Origin: an uncultured Candidatus Saccharibacteria bacterium
GTDB lineage: Bacteria; Patescibacteriota; Minisyncoccia; Ryanbacterales; GWA2-47-10b
Direction of reading: 5' to 3'
Length of the DNA stretch: 64,000 bases
NCBI GenBank assembly: GCA_964356915.1
Contig: CAYHJF010000004.1
Span: forward strand, 663-64,662
Shown: one piece after another, positions 9,667 to 18,821 of the stretch
Layout: each line of letters begins with the position of its first letter
How positions within the stretch are numbered: the first letter of the stretch is position 1
Translations under genes and position numbers: made by a program
Notes under the pieces: generated by a model
Databases searched by the model: none
What the model was told of the DNA's origin: nothing
The model's input: only the letters and a program-made list of their open reading frames with translations

Positions 9667-9725
9667 GGACTCAAACGGGTTTTCTACTATGAATAAATTT
9701 CATCTCAGAAAACCCATTTGAGTCT
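9667..9725. repeat. 17-bp inverted repeat (1 mismatch) with 23-nt loop at the right edge of the GC island
   Basis: gactcaaacgggttttc ... gaaaacccatttgagtc. Confidence 0.5.
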
Positions 9726-9822
9726 TACGTACAAAAAAGTACCACTAATAAACGATTCTAGTACAACTCTTAAAAAACGCAAGCTCGCTATCTCTATATT
9801 TCTGTGCGTTTTTTTAAGATAT

Positions 9823-9863
9823 AAAAAACCGTCGCGCAAGGCGACGGAATCTGTATTTTTTAT
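9823..9863. terminator. bidirectional rho-independent terminator (serves the minus-strand SDR gene)
   Basis: ccgtcgc-gcaag-gcgacgg hairpin flanked by an A-run and a T-run. Confidence 0.6.
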
Positions 9864-9872
9864 TATTGAATG

Positions 9873-10655
9873 CTATTTGCGTTCTTCTTTTGAGTACGTG
9901 TAATCAGCAAGACTCATACCACCATCGAGCACGACGGAACTTCCCGTCATGTAATCGGCAGCGATGATATGCGTGACCATCTCACCAACCTCTTCTGGAG
10001 TCGCACCCCGTCCAAATGGTAATCCGCCTGCGATTTCGGCAAGCTTCGCTTCATCTCCATGCCTTCGTTCACCTGGGGTGTCGGTAAAGCCCGGCACTAT
10101 CGCATTAACATTGATATTGTGTTCCGCAAGTTCTCGCGCAAAGACGCGCATCATCTGCTCAAGCGCCGCTTTGGCACAATCATATCCAACATGCTTCTTC
10201 CGATTGAGCCTTCCGTATACGCTCGCGGTAAAAACCATCCTTCCACCGGAACTCCGCTGAATCATGCGCTTGGCAACAGCCTGTCCCATCGCAAAATGAC
10301 TTCCGACCGTCGCCTGCAGTACTTCCATGAAATCAAAGGGCCCGAGCGTCGTCACATATCCTGCGATATCCTTCGCCGGATTCGAGACAAGGATATCGAG
10401 ACCCCCCAACTCAAATTCCGCGCGATGAACGATCTCGGGAATGAGCTGAAAGTTGAAAGCACTTTCTCGTATAATCGTGCACTCGACGCCGTGTGCTCGA
10501 GCCTCCTCTGCGGTTATCTCGAGATCGGGACTGAGCAGAAGATCGTTAAGAACGAGATTTACACCATTTTTGGCTAGCGCGAGAGCGATACCTCTGCCGA
10601 TACCTCTTGCAGCACCAGTAACAAGAGCTCGCTTACCTTGAAGGTTCATTATCAA
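9873..10655 (-). CDS. SDR-family oxidoreductase (FabG-like short-chain dehydrogenase)
   Basis: TGAARGIGRGIA Rossmann motif, catalytic YxxxK region, ~260 aa. Confidence 0.85.
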   Translation of the reverse strand: MIMNLQGKRALVTGAARGIGRGIALALAKNGVNLVLNDLLLSPDLEITAEEARAHGVECTIIRESAFNFQLIPEIVHRAEFELGGLDILVSNPAKDIAGYVTTLGPFDFMEVLQATVGSHFAMGQAVAKRMIQRSSGGRMVFTASVYGRLNRKKHVGYDCAKAALEQMMRVFARELAEHNINVNAIVPGFTDTPGERRHGDEAKLAEIAGGLPFGRGATPEEVGEMVTHIIAADYMTGSSVVLDGGMSLADYTYSKEERK

Positions 10656-11128
10656 TCACCAAACCTGACTGAATCACAAAGCAATGAAATATCGCCCAGA
10701 CCACGGCAAAAACGAGCATGTTCCTCAAGCATAGGGTCTGGCAATACATCAAAGAATCTATACTCCGTTGCTTGATGATCGAGCACGATATCTGCACCTG
10801 GATCTCGCATAGTAGCCAGAAACACAAGACTCAGAGGCCAGCCATTTTCCTTGCTTGGATACTGGATATATCCAACGAGTCGATGAATTTTGATTTCGAC
10901 GCTCAACTCATCCCGAGCCACGCGCCGTGCAGCATCCTCAACAAATTCGCCATACAGCAACGTCCCTCCGGGCAAATGCCACTGACCATTCCATGACGGC
11001 AATGCTCGCCTCGTCAAAAGTATTCCCTCTTCTACAACAATGAGGATATCCACACATGCGCGCGGTACTACTCCGTAGTGATGATCAAATTCCGCCTGCG
11101 TTAAACGTCTTGGGTGTGAGGTACTCAT
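10652..11128 (-). CDS. NUDIX hydrolase
   Basis: Loose Nudix-box match around GGTLLYGEFVEDAARRVARDELSVEI; 4-nt overlap with the SDR gene. Confidence 0.7.
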   Translation of the reverse strand: MSTSHPRRLTQAEFDHHYGVVPRACVDILIVVEEGILLTRRALPSWNGQWHLPGGTLLYGEFVEDAARRVARDELSVEIKIHRLVGYIQYPSKENGWPLSLVFLATMRDPGADIVLDHQATEYRFFDVLPDPMLEEHARFCRGLGDISLLCDSVRFGD

Positions 11129-11236
11129 TCCGAAAAAAACATACCATAAAAAAATCCTTTCGTAAACACAAACTCAAATCACGATTGACTCCACTATTAA
11201 AAACCTCTAGCATCCTTCTCAGAGGACAAAAAAACG

Positions 11237-11626
11237 ATGCCCCAACAAAAAGCTACTGGCATCATCCGCATCGTCAAAGTTCCATCCGGAGAAGCACCTC
11301 TCGAAATTCGTGAAGCCTGGGTAGGTCTCGAACTACCATGTGACCCTGTACTGGGTCTTGCGGATATCGGTCACCGAATCGGAGCGGTATCTGGGAAACG
11401 GCTACCAAATCAATATGGCTTTAGCGTACCTCAAAAAGAAGCTCTCGATATACTTGAACAAAGTAAGCCTGCGGTGGCAGCGTGGTGGAGAAGTCGTGGC
11501 TGCCCACGAACTGATCGATATAACTGCTTTAGTTTTGAAGAAAGTTGTGCCGTCGTCGTCAGCGGCGTCACGCGTCAAACACTCGTAGAAGTTCGCGACG
11601 AAGACCGAGGCGATCCTTATCGGTAA
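11237..11626 (+). CDS. hypothetical protein (orphan; slightly GC-elevated)
   Basis: 129-aa ORF filling an otherwise empty intergenic gap; weak AGAGGA upstream; terminator follows. Confidence 0.4.
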   Translation: MPQQKATGIIRIVKVPSGEAPLEIREAWVGLELPCDPVLGLADIGHRIGAVSGKRLPNQYGFSVPQKEALDILEQSKPAVAAWWRSRGCPRTDRYNCFSFEESCAVVVSGVTRQTLVEVRDEDRGDPYR

Positions 11627-11632
11627 CAAACA

Positions 11633-11668
11633 AAATCGCGCAAATCATAGCGCGGTTTTTTATTTTTT
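11633..11668. terminator. bidirectional rho-independent terminator
   Basis: atcgcgc-aaatcata-gcgcggt hairpin followed by ttttttatttttt; T-rich on the opposite strand too. Confidence 0.5.
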
Positions 11669-11686
11669 AGACAGCTAAAGATCTTA

Positions 11687-13351
11687 CTACTCGAGAAAGA
11701 GTCGCGCAAGACGAAGCTCTTCGTAATCATACGTATCACCGAGAATGGCGCGCGCAGGAGCAAGATGTAACCCATCACTTTCTTTACGTGCTAATTCAAA
11801 TGCTTTTTTTATTTTTTCAAAACGAGTACCTGTTGGCTTGAAATGCGCGCAATCAGCCTCAAGATCAATTATTCCTTTCTGTATCAGTTTTTCTAAATGT
11901 TCAAGAATTGTACCTACAGTCATCCCCCGCTCACGAGCGATCTCGTGAGGTGAACGTTTTTGCAATACGAGCTCATGCGTTACCTCATGTGTAGGTAACT
12001 TCTTTTTTGCTGTTTTTGCTTTTCTTTTTTCGATAGTACCACCACATGCACGGATAAAATTGTGTTGCATGGTCTCCAACTCAGATGCGCTCATCGTAAT
12101 AAATACATCTTGAGCATGCTTGGATGCTTCGAGAAATACCCTATCATGTTCAAGAATACGAGGATGTACCAACAGTGCTCGCTCGTTATATCCCCGTAAA
12201 TAAAGACCCGAGAGCGAACGTACACGCGAGAGCGCTACGTATCCTTGCCCATACTCAAAGGCGCCTGAAAGATCCATGAGCGCCGCATCAAGAGACATCC
12301 CCTGACTTTTGTGAATCGTAATCGCCCATGCAAGCCTCAAAGGAAGTTGGATAATTTTTGCGAGTGTTTTTCCACCCTCTTCTACCGCCCACTCCGTATT
12401 GGATACCTTGATCATGTCGCCCGTATTTGTACGCACAACTGGTAATCCATCTTCTTTTGCAAAATTAACTACCGTGCCAAGCGTGCCATTGAAAAAACCT
12501 TGCTCAAAATCATTTTTCGTAAACATAACTCGCGCGCCTTCTTTGAGCAAAAGTGTCTCGGGAGAAAGACATCCTCGCTTGAGTGATTCGGCAAGCGCCT
12601 TAGAGCCTTTCGTATGCATATCAAAAATGCGCGCGTTACCAGAAATCTTTGAAAGCTCCTCTTTGTTGATGCGATCAACATCTGCATTGTGCGAAAAGAG
12701 TTGAGGCAATGTCTCACTTCCCTTGGGAGCAACGTTGCGCGCTGCGAGTTGTCGGTGAAACTCTTTTGTGACAACACCCTTCCGAATAGAAAGCAACATA
12801 TCTAAAAAAAGCGGGTCTTCCTGCCGATGTTGCTCAGTAAGATAACAGACGAGCAATCCCGCCGCCGTCCATGCAGGCGCTTCAAATGCAAATCGGGACA
12901 TTCTGCCGCCACGCGCTATCGGCGGTAACTGAAAAAAATCACCCACAAAAATAACCTGCATGCCACCAAAGGGCGCAGAATTTTGTCGTAACGCACGACA
13001 TACATCATCAATCATGCCGAGCGTATGAGCATCAAGCATCGAGATCTCATCTATGATGAGCACGTGAGTTTTACGCATGCGCTCAACTAATCTTTCATTC
13101 TGCAAAAGAGCATCGAGATCATACTCCGATAACGTGTCGCGTATACCAAGACCACTCCATGAATGGATCGTCATCCCCTGAATATGAGTAGCCGCAATAC
13201 CCGTAGACGCGGTAACTGCTACCTCTATATTGTGTTCGTTCAAATACGCGATGTATTTGCCTACAAGGTATGACTTACCTGAACCTGGCTCGCCCGTAAT
13301 ACATACGTTTGCGCCAGTTTTTAATATCAAAAATGCCGTGTCTTGAGTCAT
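11687..13351 (-). CDS. PIF1/RecD-family SF1B DNA helicase with C-terminal HTH-like domain
   Basis: Walker A GEPGSGKS, motif II VLIIDEISM, PIF1 signature FVGDFFQLPPI, C-terminal ~100-aa helical domain. Confidence 0.8.
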   Translation of the reverse strand: MTQDTAFLILKTGANVCITGEPGSGKSYLVGKYIAYLNEHNIEVAVTASTGIAATHIQGMTIHSWSGLGIRDTLSEYDLDALLQNERLVERMRKTHVLIIDEISMLDAHTLGMIDDVCRALRQNSAPFGGMQVIFVGDFFQLPPIARGGRMSRFAFEAPAWTAAGLLVCYLTEQHRQEDPLFLDMLLSIRKGVVTKEFHRQLAARNVAPKGSETLPQLFSHNADVDRINKEELSKISGNARIFDMHTKGSKALAESLKRGCLSPETLLLKEGARVMFTKNDFEQGFFNGTLGTVVNFAKEDGLPVVRTNTGDMIKVSNTEWAVEEGGKTLAKIIQLPLRLAWAITIHKSQGMSLDAALMDLSGAFEYGQGYVALSRVRSLSGLYLRGYNERALLVHPRILEHDRVFLEASKHAQDVFITMSASELETMQHNFIRACGGTIEKRKAKTAKKKLPTHEVTHELVLQKRSPHEIARERGMTVGTILEHLEKLIQKGIIDLEADCAHFKPTGTRFEKIKKAFELARKESDGLHLAPARAILGDTYDYEELRLARLFLE

Positions 13352-13459
13352 ATAATATTTCCTCCTTACTACAAGGGTGGACGTCCAAACAGTATATCAC
13401 CAAAGACCTACAGACAAAGAATGTGCGGTATAAATAGATCCTTTGAAAGATCTATCGTC

Positions 13460-13867
13460 TCACCACTGATCGATGTAATCGTCGTGCCCTGTCAGATATG
13501 CTGCAAAATTACTGACCTGATTGCGCTCGTTCGTTGAGAGTTCATCTCTTGGCTTACCGCGAAGCAACATACAAAGCGCATTATGACGCTCTCGACGAGC
13601 ATCTTCGGATGGATTTTGAGCCTTTGGACGAGGTCGAAAATAATTCTCTCCATCAGGACGAAATTGTGGCGGGATAGACGCCCTTCCGTGATTGAGCACG
13701 GATCTCATATAATCTTCCGCTGCTGCCTGTAGCCGCTCGTAAGCTGGCGTTCCAACACGTGGAGCTTCCATTTTTATACCACTACTCTGTAATGCATCCT
13801 CCATGGAACTCTGCGCCTCTTCTTCTTGATTACCATCTGGAGCATATGCTTCTATATTGCCTTGCAT
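13460..13867 (-). CDS. hypothetical protein
   Basis: 135-aa acidic/Arg-rich ORF with no recognisable motif. Confidence 0.35.
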   Translation of the reverse strand: MQGNIEAYAPDGNQEEEAQSSMEDALQSSGIKMEAPRVGTPAYERLQAAAEDYMRSVLNHGRASIPPQFRPDGENYFRPRPKAQNPSEDARRERHNALCMLLRGKPRDELSTNERNQVSNFAAYLTGHDDYIDQW

Positions 13868-14003
13868 ATCTAAATCCTAAAACTGACAAGCCATAAAGGC
13901 AAGTACAGCAAAGTAAAATCACATATCATTTCCTTTACATCTCACGCGCTGTCTATATACTGATACCTACTTAGCGTTGATTAATAGCAGTTTAAAAAAA
14001 TCT

Positions 14004-14216
14004 ATGAAAACAATGACCTGCAGAGAAATGGGTGGTACGTGCGATGAATCAATGACTAGCAATACTCCTGAGGAAATGATGGAACACGGCAACGCGCATG
14101 TTGCTGCATCACACCCAGAAATTCTTGAGCAAATGAAAGCCATGAGCACAGAAGAGGTGGACGCGTGGAAAGCTGAGTTTATGAAGAAATGGGAAGCAAC
14201 TCCAGATTCACAATAA
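14004..14216 (+). CDS. DUF1059-family small protein
   Basis: Start trimmed to MKTMTCREMGGTCDE...; resembles the MKxxxC..LGG.CD N-terminus of DUF1059 proteins. Confidence 0.55.
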   Translation: MKTMTCREMGGTCDESMTSNTPEEMMEHGNAHVAASHPEILEQMKAMSTEEVDAWKAEFMKKWEATPDSQ

Positions 14217-14235
14217 GCGAACCAGCTCATGCACA

Positions 14236-14266
14236 CAAAAAATACCCCTTTCGGGGTATTTTTTGT
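14236..14266. terminator. bidirectional rho-independent terminator between convergent genes
   Basis: aaaaa-tacccc-tttc-ggggta-ttttt. Confidence 0.7.
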
Positions 14267-14279
14267 AACCAACCTGCGG

Positions 14280-14483
14280 TTAGCCGACTTTGCTTACCTT
14301 GACCGCGTTCGGTCCTTTCGGACTCTGCGCTACTTCAAAGCTCACTTTGTCACCTTCGCGAAGCGCGTCGAATGCTACTCCGACGAGCTCGTTAGAGTGG
14401 AAAAAGAGATCCTTTTCCTGCCCTTCGCATTTGATGAACCCAAATCCCTTATCGGTGAGTCGGGCGATTGTTCCTTCTTGCAT
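14280..14483 (-). CDS. cspA: cold-shock protein (CspA family)
   Basis: KGFGFI (RNP1) and FFH (RNP2) motifs, 67 aa; ~140-nt upstream leader typical of csp genes. Confidence 0.9.
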   Translation of the reverse strand: MQEGTIARLTDKGFGFIKCEGQEKDLFFHSNELVGVAFDALREGDKVSFEVAQSPKGPNAVKVSKVG

Positions 14484-14625
14484 TTGATGTAAGAAAAAAG
14501 CTAGTAAAATATCAAATACAGGAACTGAACAATGGAGACTCGATCCTTCTTCTCTGGATCAGCTCTGAATTGATATGGGAAGCATAGCACAACGGTTTCA
14601 TTTTGTCAAATTGCCTGTGAACACC

Positions 14626-15927
14626 TTAACAGCTATCCCCAGCGATATACCCTGTCGTCCAACAAAGCTGTAAGCTATAACCGCCCGATGGCCGGTTAAT
14701 ATGCAGCGCGTCTCCTACCACATAAAGCTGAGGTACGAGGCGTGACTGCATCGTTTTGAAGTTAATCTCGGTGAGTTTCACCCCTCCCGAGGAAACGACA
14801 GCCTTATCCCTCCCAAGCAATCCCTTAACATGGAGTGGAACTGCCTTAAGCAAAGAAGCGAGTGCTTTTCGCTCCTCTGAACGCACGCTATGATTTGGCG
14901 TCTCGCCATCGATGTAAGCAAGCATAAGTATTGGATCCACAAGGGCTGGGAGGACAAACCCCGAAAGCGCGTTTTTTATTTTTTTATTACTTTGCTCAAC
15001 TAAAAGCTTCTGAAGTTTTTCTCGCAGCACACTACTATCAAACGCGGGAAATAAATCGAGCATAATTGTAACATCACGGGCGCGTTGTACTTTTGGAGCT
15101 CTGCCCTCTCGTGCATACTCCGATCCCTCTCCTCCATGTAATAACTCACCCACCTCTTGGCTCATGTTTAAAACTGTGGGGCCACTGATACCAACGTGTG
15201 TAAAAAGTAGTTTTCCTTTGTATGCCTTTTGCTTTACACCACTAGCAAACGTTGTGAGCTTGATATTTCGGAGCGTTACTCCGGCCAACTTTTTCGCCCA
15301 TGAATCTTTAAGCGTGATCGGCACGAGTGCTACATCATTTTCCATGATCGTATGCCCGAGTTTTTCAAGCCACTGAAACCCTTCTCCGGTCGATCCAGTT
15401 TCTGGACGCGACGTTCCGCCAGTTGCGATGATACACGTGCGAGCACGCACTACAAACTTATCGGCAAGTGTTACCACTATCTGTTCTTTTGATTTATCGT
15501 ACGCAACACCCACAACTTCAGCGTTCTCACGAACTTTTGCTCCGCTTTTCCTCATATATCGAACCATCACATCCCACACTGTTTTTGCTCTATTTGAAAG
15601 AGGGAATACTCTCTCTTCCGCCTCTTCCCTCGTATCCATCCCCTGCTTATGAAAAAAGTTTAATGTCTCTACGACACCAAATTGTGTAAATGATGAAAAA
15701 AGAAATTTACCACTCTCCTTATACTGAGCAAGCATCGTGCGTACCTCGGGTTTGTTATTTGTAACATTACATCGCCCCCCTCCCGTAATAAGCAACTTCT
15801 TCCCCAATCGAGGATTCTTTTCAAGCAATAAAACACGCCGCCCTCGCTCGGCAGCGCGACCAGCAGCCATCATTCCGGCAGGACCGCCACCAATGACTAC
15901 TACATCCCACTGTGCTTGCTTTTGCAT
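14626..15927 (-). CDS. NAD(P)/FAD-dependent oxidoreductase, BaiN/HI0933 family flavoprotein
   Basis: DVVVIGGGPAGMMAAGRAAERG dinucleotide-binding motif. Start trimmed to MQKQAQWD (ATG at 15927). Confidence 0.75.
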   Translation of the reverse strand: MQKQAQWDVVVIGGGPAGMMAAGRAAERGRRVLLLEKNPRLGKKLLITGGGRCNVTNNKPEVRTMLAQYKESGKFLFSSFTQFGVVETLNFFHKQGMDTREEAEERVFPLSNRAKTVWDVMVRYMRKSGAKVRENAEVVGVAYDKSKEQIVVTLADKFVVRARTCIIATGGTSRPETGSTGEGFQWLEKLGHTIMENDVALVPITLKDSWAKKLAGVTLRNIKLTTFASGVKQKAYKGKLLFTHVGISGPTVLNMSQEVGELLHGGEGSEYAREGRAPKVQRARDVTIMLDLFPAFDSSVLREKLQKLLVEQSNKKIKNALSGFVLPALVDPILMLAYIDGETPNHSVRSEERKALASLLKAVPLHVKGLLGRDKAVVSSGGVKLTEINFKTMQSRLVPQLYVVGDALHINRPSGGYSLQLCWTTGYIAGDSC

Positions 15928-15934
15928 ATACGTT

Positions 15935-17389
15935 CTATTTCTTCTCGAGATCCAACACTTCGTCAATACGAATTTGCGAAACAAAATCTGGGACATGACT
16001 AACTAGAATCATCGCTCCTTCATATTCATCGAGAGCTTTTGCAATTATCGGTATATGACGAAAATTTATATGATTTGTTGGCTCATCCAAAATAAGTAAC
16101 CCCGGCTTAAGCAACGCAAGACGCGCAAATGCGACCAATCCTTTTTGTCCCTCTGAAAGCCTACCGATCTTCGTACCAATCATTGCTGGCGTAATCAAGA
16201 ATCGTGCCGCCGTTCCGCGCAACGTCTCTTCAAGCTTTTTATCCATGACATCCATTAATGCCTCATGCACTGTATCCTCAAAGTTCAGTGTCGAAAAATC
16301 TTGCCTATAGTATCCTACTCGAACCTCTGGCGCGATCGTCATACCCCTCGCTTCACCTGAAGCAAGAGCCTCAAGTAATGTCGTCTTACCAATACCATTT
16401 GGTCCCGTAATAAGTAAGTGACTCTTTTTCTTGAGTTTAATATTCGCCTTATGTGTAACCGGCTTATGATTATGTATCGTGATATAGGACGTGATATGCG
16501 CAATATCGCCCACGATCTCATGTTGGGATGGAATAGCAAACGGACGAATGGTTTTATCTTCTTGGCGCACATCTACCTGTTCTTCTTCCATCTCTTCGAT
16601 TTTATCGCGCATCTTCTTCGCTACATTACGCATCTTGCCACCTTTTTGCGCAAAAAAGTTTGCTTTGTCTTTATTTTCTTGGATTTCTTTAGCAAGCTGT
16701 GCATTCTTTTTGTTTTCACGCTCGATCCGCGCTGCAATATCTTTTACTACGTTAAAATAATTACCTACGTATTTTTCGATCACCCGCGTAAAAACATCGA
16801 GATAGAACACTCCGTCAGTGAATGCGTTCAAAAACTCCGCGTCATGCGAAATTACAATACAGGTTTTTTTGTACTCAACTAAAAATTTTGTGAGATGCTC
16901 GATACCAGCCTTATCAAGATTATTAGTCGGCTCATCAAGGAGAAGCAAATCAGGATCTTGAATAAGTGCTGAGGCAAGAAGCAATCGTGCCTGCTGACCA
17001 CCTGAAAAAGACTTAATAATTTTATCCTTGGGTGCAGCGAGATTCACTACTCCAAGCACCGTATCGATGCGAGGATCAATATCATATATTTTTTTCGTAA
17101 AACTTTTTTCAAAAAACTCTCGAACGGAAAGATCCATTTGATCGCGCGGGATTACTTGTCGCGCGGTTGCGATTGTTAGCCCTTGTGCGATATGGATAGC
17201 TCCTGAATCCGGCTTCAATACTCCCGTTATAAGTCCGAAAAGTGTACTTTTACCGGCACCGTTTTGTCCCATGAGCGCGATCTTAGTACCACGACGCATC
17301 GGGAATGACACCTCTGCTAAGATTGGGTGTTTAGGACCATATTCAAATGAGACCTCTTCAAATCGTACAATAACTTCTTCTCGGGACAT
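15935..17389 (-). CDS. ABC-F family ATPase (two tandem ABC domains, no TM)
   Basis: Two Walker A sites (GQNGAGKST, GPNGIGKTT), two signature motifs (FSGGQQARL, LSEGQKGLVAFAR), charged inter-domain linker. Confidence 0.85.
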   Translation of the reverse strand: MSREEVIVRFEEVSFEYGPKHPILAEVSFPMRRGTKIALMGQNGAGKSTLFGLITGVLKPDSGAIHIAQGLTIATARQVIPRDQMDLSVREFFEKSFTKKIYDIDPRIDTVLGVVNLAAPKDKIIKSFSGGQQARLLLASALIQDPDLLLLDEPTNNLDKAGIEHLTKFLVEYKKTCIVISHDAEFLNAFTDGVFYLDVFTRVIEKYVGNYFNVVKDIAARIERENKKNAQLAKEIQENKDKANFFAQKGGKMRNVAKKMRDKIEEMEEEQVDVRQEDKTIRPFAIPSQHEIVGDIAHITSYITIHNHKPVTHKANIKLKKKSHLLITGPNGIGKTTLLEALASGEARGMTIAPEVRVGYYRQDFSTLNFEDTVHEALMDVMDKKLEETLRGTAARFLITPAMIGTKIGRLSEGQKGLVAFARLALLKPGLLILDEPTNHINFRHIPIIAKALDEYEGAMILVSHVPDFVSQIRIDEVLDLEKK

Positions 17390-17520
17390 CGCATAACAAT
17401 ACCCCATTTTAGAGAAAATAGATAGTCTCTAAAACACATCTTCTGTAAATCTCTCGTCTATACTAGGCAAGATATAGTTTGCAAGATGTATTAAGCACAA
17501 CAAACCCATCTCAACCAAAG

Positions 17521-17946
17521 CTAACGCCTCAAGCTTGGAATACTTTTTAGGGCTTTACGTCGTATCTTATAGTCAGGGATAACTTCTCCCACGAGAGCCC
17601 AAAAAGCTTTTGAATGGTTAAACATTCTTAAGTGACAGAGCTCATGAACAATAATATAGTCTTGGAGTTCTTCGGGTAAATACACAATCCGATAATTAAA
17701 ATTAAGATTTCCTTTTTTTGAACAACTACCCCATCGAGAGCGCTGATTTCTAATGGCGACTCTCCCCCACGTAAAACCATAGTATTGATTAAAATGCTCG
17801 AGCTTTTGATGAACACGAGCACGCGCGATTTCCTTATCTTTTATATATGTCCTTTTTGAACTTCTCTTTATATTGTTGCGTCGCCATCGAACTCTCAACT
17901 TGTGGCGATCTTTGAGAAGTGTAAAAAAATCGTAGAATATCTTCAT
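17521..17946 (-). CDS. DUF45/YgjP-like zinc metallopeptidase
   Basis: HELCHL (HExxH) in a ~140-aa basic protein. Confidence 0.6.
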   Translation of the reverse strand: MKIFYDFFTLLKDRHKLRVRWRRNNIKRSSKRTYIKDKEIARARVHQKLEHFNQYYGFTWGRVAIRNQRSRWGSCSKKGNLNFNYRIVYLPEELQDYIIVHELCHLRMFNHSKAFWALVGEVIPDYKIRRKALKSIPSLRR

Positions 17947-18013
17947 AAGATGCTTCGTATTGCATCAGTATGACAATTTTTTCTCCTTCATTCCATCACG
18001 CTTCTCACAAAAA

Positions 18014-18052
18014 CAAAAAAGCCCTCAATATTTCGAGGGCTTTTTTGTTTTT
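18014..18052. terminator. bidirectional rho-independent terminator
   Basis: aaaaaa-gccctc-aatattt-gagggc-ttttttgtttttt. Confidence 0.7.
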
Positions 18053-18056
18053 TATT

Positions 18057-18740
18057 CTACTTTTTCTTAGATTTCTTAGAAGTTACTACTTTTTTACTAG
18101 GCTTTTTCTCTACTACCTTAGGCTTTACAGTCTCAAGCGCTATTTTTGTAACTTCTTTTTTAAGTGTCTGGGACGCACTACTAGCTGTAAGAACATTTAA
18201 AATCTTATCGAGCTTGGTATTAAGCGCCTCGAACTGAGATTTATATGACTCTGCTTGTTTGAAATTATCGCCCGTATTCTTATATGAACTTGTATTTTTA
18301 CGGTCATCGTATCGATCACTATGCTTGCGATCACCACGATGGTCATCATGACCACGATCGCTTGTCATCACCCCTTTATCATAACAATCTTTGCAATATG
18401 TTGGTCTTCCTCCTGTTGGCAGAAATGGTACCTCGCACTTTTTACCGCAGCTACTGCAAACTGCTGAATACATTCTTCTTTCTTCAAAATGAGATTTTCC
18501 TGAATCTCTGCGATCAAAGTCTCGTCCCCCAGTTCTTTCTGGCATTGAACCACCTTCTTTTTCAAAACAATCACTGCAAAAAATCGGTCTCGACCCAGTT
18601 GGTCGAAAAGGCACCTGGCACTTTTTGCCACATTTACTGCAAACGGCATCATGCATTTGTGATCGAGCATCTCGCCCGCCAAAATTCTTTTTGCCAAACT
18701 TGCCTCCACCTCCCTTATTGTTTCTGTTGAAATTAGCCAT
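18057..18740 (-). CDS. tandem zinc-ribbon protein with RD/H-rich spacer, coiled-coil and Lys-rich tail (putative nucleic-acid-binding)
   Basis: Two repeats of C-x2-CGKKC-x-VPF-x-PTG-x-RP-x2-C-x-DC[FY]; DRGHDDHRGDRKHSDRYDDRK low-complexity; C-terminal KKPSKKVVTSKKSKKK. Start taken at MANFNR (ATG at 18740) because the longer ORF begins with TTG. Confidence 0.55.
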   Translation of the reverse strand: MANFNRNNKGGGGKFGKKNFGGRDARSQMHDAVCSKCGKKCQVPFRPTGSRPIFCSDCFEKEGGSMPERTGGRDFDRRDSGKSHFEERRMYSAVCSSCGKKCEVPFLPTGGRPTYCKDCYDKGVMTSDRGHDDHRGDRKHSDRYDDRKNTSSYKNTGDNFKQAESYKSQFEALNTKLDKILNVLTASSASQTLKKEVTKIALETVKPKVVEKKPSKKVVTSKKSKKK

Positions 18741-18821
18741 ATGTGTAGCGGAGTGAAGTTTATACCCTAATACATTAAATAGCAACCGCTAACTAATTTC
18801 GATAAATTTAAGGGGTTCTTG

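Noticed and set aside
9102-9696. Plus-strand ORFs (196, 89 and 69 aa) inside the GC-rich island
   Set aside because: High-GC DNA is depleted of stop codons, so long ORFs appear in many frames. Only the minus-strand ORF has an SD, a signal peptide and a downstream terminator. The plus-strand ORFs lack all of these.
9087-9725. GC island as a large structured ncRNA (GOLLD/ROOL/HEARO-like)
   Set aside because: It has flanking hairpins but also clear coding signals (RBS, ATG, signal peptide, terminator). Without a covariance model I cannot support an RNA call. I keep it as a protein-coding cassette.
13435-13456. Palindrome atagatc-ctttgaa-agatctat between 13460..13867 and the helicase gene
   Set aside because: The stem is short and imperfect with no clear T-run. 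It could be a weak terminator or an operator, but the evidence is too weak to call a feature.
16418-16882. Antisense ORFs inside long genes (e.g., 16418..16882 +, 18284..18730 +, 23524..23988 +, 30314..30703 +, 56032..56712 +, 3777..4076 -)
   Set aside because: They lie opposite strongly supported genes. They have biased low-complexity composition and no motifs or RBS.
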